Below are positions 46,834 through 55,800 of a stretch of 64,000 nt of DNA, piece by piece. The stretch covers positions 1 to 64,000 of the forward strand of contig JBEBGD010000020.1 of assembly GCA_040081625.1 (NCBI GenBank), in the 5' to 3' direction. Source of the stretch: Chthoniobacteraceae bacterium (GTDB taxonomy: Bacteria; Verrucomicrobiota; Verrucomicrobiia; Chthoniobacterales; Chthoniobacteraceae). The number at the start of each line of letters is the position of its first letter. Within the stretch, counting starts at the first letter, position 1. A program made the translations under genes and the position numbers. The notes below the pieces were generated by a model that saw only the letters and a program-made list of their open reading frames with translations, had not been told where the DNA came from and searched no databases.

Positions 46834-49800
46834 CTAAGGCGTGCCCGGATCGTCGTCCGGCACGAGCGTCACCGATCCGCTCTCGGTCGGGCCGAGGAAA
46901 AAGCCGGAGCCCAGCTTCTGCTTTTGCAGCACCGCACCCCCATATTTGGCTTTCCGCCCGCTGACTGAATGGATGAACCGGCCTTTCAGGAGCCCTGTCT
47001 TCGCGGAGAGCGCGATGGTGGGCCTTTCGACCGGTTGCGTGAGGAACCTCGGACGGTTGTTCGCATCGATGGAAAGCGCGAACGCGAGGCCGGCGATGCC
47101 GCCGTCGTTGAGAGAGAGTTCCGCGTTGCCGTCGCCATCGGCGGCGCCGAGACCAGGCAGCACCGGGCCGGGCGTGCGGCGCGTTGGCGCGGTGTATTCT
47201 GCGCCGACGAGGTCGAAGAAGATGCCGCCCGGCCAGCCATCGGGGTATTGTCTCGCGCGCGGGTTCGGCGGTTTGAACCAAAGCACGTCCATCGCATCCA
47301 CGTCGCTCACCACAGCCACGTCGCGGAAGAACGCAAACCCGCTGACCGACCCGGTCTTGCCGAGCGCCTTGTAGAACGGCCAGCGACCGGACTTCGCGAC
47401 CGGCGCGGCGGCGCTGACTTTCTTGCCGTCGGCGAGTGTGCCGGAAAACTTCGCGACGCCGCGCTTGCTCACGGTAAGCCGGCCGAATCCATCGCCTTGT
47501 GGATAGGTGCTCGCATTCCGCCCCTGCTCGGCGGCGGTGAGCGCCGGGAGGATGACGGTGAAGTTGCGTGGCAAGTCCGACGGCACGTTCTCCATCGGCG
47601 GCGCGGGGTTGCGCTTCGAGGTGTAAAGCGCGCGGTCGCCTTCGAGTCCGGCGAATTCGGCGCCACCTTGCTTCAGCATTCCGCCAAACGTGTTCGTCCC
47701 GCGCGCGACTTCGATCGTCAGCGCGAGGTCGAGCGGCGGAAGGCCCGTGCGGCTGATCGTGAGCGACGGCGTTTCCGCTCTCCCGAAACGCGCCACGCCG
47801 TCATGCCCGACCACTCCTTTCATCGCGACGCGTTTGCCGGCGAGCATGAGTCTCCCGCTGAATTTTCCTGTCTTCGTCAACTTCACCTGCACGCTGCCCG
47901 TGCGCGCATTCTCGCGCGTGCCTCCCGCCGCGGGCTGCACGAGTCCAGTGTAGCTGCCGAGTTCCTCGAGGACGCTCGTGATCGCGATCTCGACCATCTG
48001 TGGCGGGCTCGTGTCCACGCCGCCATTCGCGGTGCCGCCATCGTCTTGCAGCCGCACGGTCATGATCGCAATACCGCTGCCACCCGGCGCGGGCACGAAC
48101 GCCAGCGTGCCTCCCGGCGTGATCGTCGGCAACGTGGCGAACAGCTCAGGCTTATCGACCGCGGCAATGAAGGTCACGCTTTGCCCGGACTCGCCCGCCC
48201 CGGGGTTGATCGCGGTGGCCCATGCCGGGATGCTCCGCGGCCCTGAATCCTGCGCGGCGTCGATCCTAGGGCCGGCCACGAAACTGGGGGCATCGTTCAC
48301 GCCGGTCACCATGATGGTGAAGGTTTGCGCCGCACTCGTATCGACGCCGCCGTTTCCGGTGCCGCCCGTATCGACCGCCCTGACCGATACGCTCGCCGTG
48401 CCGGATGCATCGACCGCGGGCGTGTAGGTGAGCGTGCCATCCGGCGCCACCACCGGTTGCACGGAGAAAAGGGCGGCGTTGTCGTTGCTCACGGTGAAGG
48501 AAACCGTCTGCCCGGCTTCATCGGCCGGGCCCGGGCTGATCGCCGTGGCCAGGCCGGCGACGGTCTGCGCGGCAGCATCTTCGAACACGACCACATTCGC
48601 GCCCTTTGTGAAACTCGGCGCGTCGTTCACCGGCGTCACATTCACGACAAAGCTGCGCGTGATCGCGTTCACGCCGCCGCCTGCGGTGCCTCCGTCGTCC
48701 ATGATCGTGACGGTGATCGTGGCCGCGCCGTTCGCATCGGGGACCGGTGTGTAGCTGAGTGAACCGGTCGCGGCGGAGCTGGCGTAATCGACCGTCGGAT
48801 CCGCGATCACTGCCGCGTTGTCGGAGGTCGCCGTGACCGTCAGCGTCTGCGTTTCACCGCCACCGGCACTGATACCACTCAAGTTCACCATCTGCGCCAC
48901 GGCATCCTCCACGATCGCCACCGGGTCGTCGATCGCCGCGAGCGTCGGCACGTCATTCACCGCTGTCACGTTCACCGTGAAGGTGCGCGTGAGCAGATTC
49001 ACCCCGCCATTCGCGGTGCCACCGTTGTCCATCACCGTCACCGTGATCACCGCAGAGCCGCTCGCATTCGCCACCGGCGTGTAGCCGAGCGAGCCCGTCG
49101 CGTTCGGGCTCGTGTAAGTGACCGTCGGGTTCGGGATCAGCGCCGTGTTGTCGGAAGTCGCCGTGACTGTCAGCACCTGCGTCTCGCCACCGCCTGCGGC
49201 GATGCCAGTCAGGTTCACCGTCTGCGCCACGGCATCCTCCAGGATCGCCGCCGGGTTGCTGATTACCGCGAGCGTCGGCACGTCGTTCACCGCCGTCACG
49301 TTCACCGTGAACGTCCGCGTGAGCAGATCGACGCCGCCATTCGCCGTGCCTCCGTTGTCCATCACCGTCACCGTGATCACCGCCGAGCCATTCGCATTCG
49401 CCACCGGTGTGTAGCTCAGCGAGCCCATCGCATTCGGGCTCGTGTAGGTCACCGTCGGGTCCGGGATCAACGCCGTGTTGTTCGAGGTCGCCGTCACCGT
49501 CAGCACGTGCGTCTCACCACCGCCTGCAGCGATGCCACTCACGTTCACCGTCTGTGCCACGGCATCCTCCATGATCGCCGCCGGGTCGTCGATCGCCACG
49601 AGCGTCGGCGCGTCGTTCACCGCCGTCACGTTCACCGTGAACGTCCGCGTGAGCAGATCGACGCCGCCATTCGCCGTGCCCCCGTTGTCCATCACCGTCA
49701 CCGTGATCACCGCCGAGCCGCTCGCATTCGCCACCGGCGTGTAGCCGAGCGAGCCCATCGCATTCGGGCTCGTGTAAGTGACCGTCGGGTTCGGGACCAG

Positions 49801-52800
49801 CGCCGTATTGTTGGAGGTCGCCGTGACTGTCAGCACCTGCGTCTCACCACCGCCTGCAGCGATGCCGCTCAAGTTCACGGTCTGCGCCACGGCATCCTCC
49901 AGGATCGCCGCCGGGTCGTCGATCGCCACGAGCGTCGGCACGTCGTTCACCGCCGTCACGTTCACCGTGAACGTCCGCGTGAGCAGATCGACGCCGCCAT
50001 TGGCCGTGCCTCCATTGTCCATCACCGTCACCGTGATCACCGCCGAACCGCTCGCATTCGCCACCGGCGTGTAGCCGAGCGAGCCCGTCGCGTTCGGGCT
50101 CGTGTAAGTGACCGTCGGGTTCGGGACCAGCGCCGTATTGTCGGAAGTCGCCGTGACTGTCAGCACCTGCGTTTCGCCGCCGCCCGCGCCGATGCCGGTG
50201 AGGTCGATCGTCTGCAAACCGGCGTCCTCGAGAATCGCCGCAGGGGCAGCGATGGCAGCGAGTGTCGGCGCGTCGTTTACCGCGGTGACGTTCACGGTGA
50301 AGGTGCGCGTGATCGTGTTCACCCCGCCGTCGGTGGTGCCGCCGTCGTCCTGCACGGTGACGGTGATGACGGCGGAACCGTTCGCATTCCCGACTGGAGC
50401 GTAGCGGAGCGAGCCCGTCTCACTCGCACTGGTGTAAGTAACCGATGGATTCGGAATGACCGCAGGGTTGTCCGACGTGGCCGTGACGGTGAGCGCCTGC
50501 GTTTCGCCGCCGCCTGCGCCGATTCCGGTGAGGTTGATCGTCTGCACCGCCGCGTCTTCGAGGATCGCCGCGGGATTGGCGATCGCCGTGAGCGTGGGCG
50601 CGTCATTCACGGCGGTCACGTTCACGGTGAAGGTGCGCACGATCGTGTTCACGCCGCCGTCGGCGGTGCCGCCGTTGTCTTGCACGGTCACGGTGATGAC
50701 GGCGCTGCCGCTCATGTCCGCGACGGGCGTGTAGCTGAGCGCGCCAGTCGCGTTCGCACTCGTGTAGTCCACTGTCGGGTCCGGGATGAGCGCCGGATTG
50801 TCGGAGCTCGCGGTCACGCTGAGCGTCTGCGTCTCGCCGCCGCCGGCGCTGATGCCGGCGAGGTTCACAATCTGCACCGCGGCGTCTTCGAGGATCGCCG
50901 CGGGATCGGTAACGGAAGTGAGCGTCGGCGCGTCGTTCACCGCGGTAACCGAGATCGTGAAGGTCTGCGCCGCGCTGGTGTCCACGCCGCTATTGGCCGT
51001 CCCGCCATCGTCGTGGATCTGCACGCTCACGATTGCCGAACCGTTCGCATTCGCCGCCGCCGTGTAGGTCAGCGTGCCATTGGCCGCCACCACCGGCTGC
51101 ACGGCGAAGAGCGCGTTGTTGTCGTTCGAGACGATGAAGCTCACGGCCTGCCCGCTCTCATCTGCAGGCCCGGCGCTGATCGCCGCTGCCCAGTCCGCGA
51201 CGCTCTGCGCACCCGCGTCCTCGATCACGACCTGATTCCCGCCGCTGGTGAAGACCGGCACATCGTTCACCGGATTGATCGTGAAGCTCGCCGTGGCGCT
51301 GGCGGACTTAAAATCATCCATCGGAGGATTCCCGGTCTGTCCGTTGTCCTGCATCGTGTAGCTGAAGCTCGCGATGCCGTTGAAGTTCGCCGCCGGGGTG
51401 AAACGAATCTCGCTCCCATTGATCGCGACGCTGCCGCCGACGGCGCTGCCGACGGCGATGACGGTGCGCGCCTGTCCTGCCTCTCCCGGCCCGGCGCTGT
51501 CGTTGTCCGTCAGGGCGCCGAAAGAGATGGTCCGCAGCCCGCTGTCTTCGTCCACCGCCGTCAATGTGTCGGCCGAGGCGATCGGCGGGTCGTTGACCGG
51601 CGCGACCACGATCTCGATCGTCGCCGGCGGTCCGGTTGCGTCGTCGTCGTCAGTTGCGTCGAATTGAAAAGTTGCCGTGCCGAAGAAGTTCGCGGCTGGC
51701 GTAAAGGTAACGTCGTTTCGCACGACTCCGCCGAGCGTGCCCGCGCTTGGTGGGTTCAGGCTCCCGGCCACGATGGCGACGCTATACGCGTCGAGCGCAC
51801 CGGCCGGATCGGACGCCGCCATGGTGATCGTTGAAGCGGGCGCATCTTCCATCGTGTGCACCGCCCCCGCACCGGTCTGCGCGATGGCGCTCGGCGCGAC
51901 ATTCGCCACGCTCACGGGCTTCGTGCTGCCGAACGTGCCGTCTTCATCAGTGAGCGAGACTGTGATGGTGAAGTTGGCCGCCCCATCGGCGTAGGTGTGT
52001 AACTTCGACGTGCCTGTCGGGTTGCCGGTGAAGTTATCCGTCGTGCCGTCGCCCCAGTTGATGCTGTAAGCCGTGACCGTATCCATTCCCGGATCGGTGA
52101 TCGCGCCAAGGTCCAGCGCATAGCTCGACCCTTCATCCGTGCTGCCAGCGCCGGTCAGGGCGATGATCGGTGCGACGTTGTTCACCGTCACGGTGAAGCT
52201 CGTGTTCGACGTAAGCGAGTTTGTGTCCGTTGCCGTGATGGTGACTGTCGTCGGGCCTGCCGGCCCGTCGGCACCGGCGAAGCTCCAACTCCACGTCCCG
52301 GCGCCATTGTTTTGCACCAGTGCGCCGATGCTCGCGCTGAGTGTGACCGTGCCATTGCCCTGCCAGTCCACAAACGTGCCGGTGTTCGAGACGACGCCTC
52401 CTTCGTTTCCACCAACCGTCGCATTGTTCACAGCGACGCCCGGTCTGAAATCGGAGAGCGTCACGTCATTCCCGGTGCCCCCGGTGTAGCTGAGCTCGAG
52501 CGGCACTCCGTTGAAGTTGATGATCGCACCCTGGGCCAGGCCTGTGAACGTGCCAGTGATCGGGTCGCTGCCGTCGTTGTCCACGACCGTGAACCTGTTC
52601 CCCGCGCTCGGCGTGAAGCTGCCGCTGAGGCTGAGCGTGACGCCGGTGAGATCCACATTGCCGGTGACCTTCAGCTGCCGGTAGCCGGTATCGACCGTCG
52701 CGGCGCTGATGGCGATGGCGAGCCGGTCGCCGCTGCCGAAGCTCACGGTTCCGGTGCTGCTCATCGCGATGTCGGTGCCGCTGGCGGTGGGGCTGAAGGT

Positions 52801-55800
52801 GTTGGTCGCGCCGCCGGGATCGAGCGTCACGTTGCCTCCGAGGCTATCGAGCGGGCCGGTATTCAGCACAATCGCGGCGCTGCTCGTCAACGCGATCGCC
52901 GTGTTCGCCGGGCGCGAGATTGCCGCGCTTTGCGTGATCGCGCCGCTGTTCGCGTCGCCAATGCGAAGCGTGCCGCACGTGATGCGGTCGAGCTCCGCGT
53001 CAGAAAGTTGCAGAGTGCCGGTGAATGGGCCGCCGGCGGAGCCGAGATCGATCGCGGTGCCATTGGTGCGCTGGCGAATGATGACCTGACTCGAAACGGC
53101 GGAAATGTTCGTCACCGAGCCGACGGAAAGAGAATCGGAAATGAGCGTGATCGTGCCCGGGAAATTGGCGCTGATCGTGGCCGGACTGCCACCGCTGCCG
53201 AGCAGAATGCCGTCCGACGGATTTCCCGCTGTCCCTCCATTTACCCCTTCGAGCGTGAGCGAACCGGTGCCACCGGCCGAGACGCTGCTGCTGATATCGA
53301 CGCGGACGCCGAAGTTGCTCGAGCCATTGGCGCCGCCCTGGCCGAAAATGGAAACATTCCCGTTGTTGGAACGGATCGCTGCGCCTGTGCTGGCGACATA
53401 CACCCCGCGATCCTGACCGCCCAAGCCACCCGTGGTCCCGTTGACGGTGACGTTGCCCGTGCCACCGGCAGAGATCACTGCGGCATCGACGAGAACGCCG
53501 TCGCAGTTCGAGACGCCGCTGAAGCCTGTGCCGGACCCGCCGATTCCGGTGACCTGCACGTTGGCACCAGTGGATGTGATCCCGTTGGAGGTTCCTGAGA
53601 CATGCACGCCCCTCAGGCCGAACCCAGCTCCACCGGTATTGGCGCCGCGACCTTCCACAACAAGGGTGCCCGTGGTGCCCGCACGAATGCCACCAAGACC
53701 TCCAGTGGCTTGCACCCTTACGCCGCTGACGTTGTCGTCTCCGCCCTTGCCCTTCACGGTCACCTGCCCTGTTCCGTTACTTCGGATCATGCCGCTGTTG
53801 AGATAGACGCCGTGAAAGTTTCCCGTGGTCCGAATCGCTTGTTGATTGGCCTCGACGACAAGCGGGCCGTTGACGACTTCCAAGCTTGCCGACGAGTTGA
53901 GCGTGACGCCCTGGCTGCACTTCACCGTCGCCGCGCCAGTCCCCGAGAGGAGCACATTCGCATTGGCCGCCCAAGCCACGGCATCCGTGCCGGGCACCGC
54001 GTCGTCGTTCTGGAGGTCCACATCGAGGTTCGCATTCGTCGCGAAAGTGATGTCGCCGTTGAAATTGACCGTGTCGTTGCCGGTGCCGCCATTGATCGTG
54101 AAGCCCGGCGGGCTGACCGTGAACGAGCCGATATTGATCGTGTCCTCACCCGCGGCGGCGTTGACAGTGATGCTGTTCACACCCGCGAGCGGGAGCGAAC
54201 CGGAGTTGCCGGAGATACTCAGCCCGCCGTTCACGCTGAAGGTGCGCCCCGCCGCGGCAAACTGGATGCTCCCCGCGACCGGTTGCGAAAGCGCGAGCGT
54301 GTCGCCATTGCCCGCCACATCCGTCACCACGATCGCGCCGCCGGTCGTCGCGACGGTGTAGTCCGCCGCGGCCTGCACGGTGACGCTGAAGGTCTGCGCC
54401 GCGCTTGTGTTCGCGCCGCCGCCGTTGTCGCTGAGCGTCACGGACATCGTCGCGGCGCCCGCGGTGCCATTGGGCCTGTAGGTCAGCGTGCCATTGCTCG
54501 CGATGGCCGGAGCGGTGGTGAAGAGGCTCGCGCCACCGGTCACGCTCACATTGAAGGTGAGCGTCTGCCCCGCTTCATCCGCTGGACCCGCGCTGATCGC
54601 GGTCGCCCAGCCGGGAAAACTCTGCACGGTGTTTGTGCCTGCGGGATGGAGATTGTCCGGCCCCTTGGTGAAGCTCGGCGTATCGTTCACGGCGGTGCCG
54701 GTCATGGCCTTGTTGCCGGTGATCGCCGCAGCGACGCCGTCGCTCACGCTTGTGGCGATGGAAAAGTTTGCGTTGAAATCCGCGGCCGGATCGAAGGTCA
54801 CACCGGCGAGCAGCGTGTTCACATCGGCGATCGCGCCCGAAGCGCTCCACTCGCCCGCGCTGAAGGTCGACGTCACCGCGCCCGAGGTGCCCGTGCTGAG
54901 GATGCCGGCAGCCGCGTTCGAGAGCGTTAAGGTCGCGGTCACGCTGGCGCTGTCGATGTCGCTCATCACGATGTCGGTGAGATTCCGCACGGCGTCCTCG
55001 GTGTAGTTCTCGGCGGCCGAGAGGTTGGTCGCCTCGGGCGGGTCGTTCACGGCGGTCACGTTCACCGTGAACGTCCGCGTGAGCAGATCGACGCCGCCAT
55101 TCGCCGTGCCTCCACTGTCCATCACCGTCACCGTGATCACCGCCGAGCCATTCGCATTCGCCACCGGCGTGTAGCTCAGCGAGCCCATCGCGTTCGGGCT
55201 CGTGTAAGTCACCGTCGGGTTCGGGATCAGCGCCGTATTGTTGGAGGTCGCCGTCACGGTCAGCACCTGCGTCTCACCACCGCCTGCGCCGATGCCGCTC
55301 AAGTTCACCGTCTGAGCCACGGCATCCTCCAGGATCGCCGCCGGATCGCTGATCGCCGCGAGCGTCGGCGCATCATTCACGGCCGTCACGTTCACCATGA
55401 AGGTCCGCGTGAGTAGATTTATCCCTCCGTTTGCGGTGCCCCCGTTATCCATCACCGTCACGCTGATCACCGCCGAGCCGCTCGCATTTGCCACCGGCGT
55501 GTAGCTGAGCGAGCCCGTCGCGTTCGGGCTCGTGTAAGTGACCGTCGGGTTCGGAATCAACGCCGTATTGTCGGAGGTCGCCGTAACGGTCAGCACCTGC
55601 GTTTCGCCGCCGCCTGCAGCGATGCCGCTCAAGTTCACCGTCTGAGCCACGGCGTCCTCCAGGATCGCCGCCGGGTTGCTGATCGCCGCGAGCGTCGGCA
55701 CGTCGTTCACCGCTGTCACGTTCACGGTTTTCGTCGCCGCGGCACTCGTGCCGCCATCGCCGTCGGTCACGGCAAAGCGCACCGTGCGCGCGAGCGTGGA

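Noticed and set aside
46834..47976. Autotransporter barrel, PEP-CTERM or RTX/T1SS signal on the giant proteins
   Set aside because: No terminal aromatic residue, no C-terminal TM with basic tail and no GGxGxD nonapeptide array; the proteins have N-terminal signal peptides.
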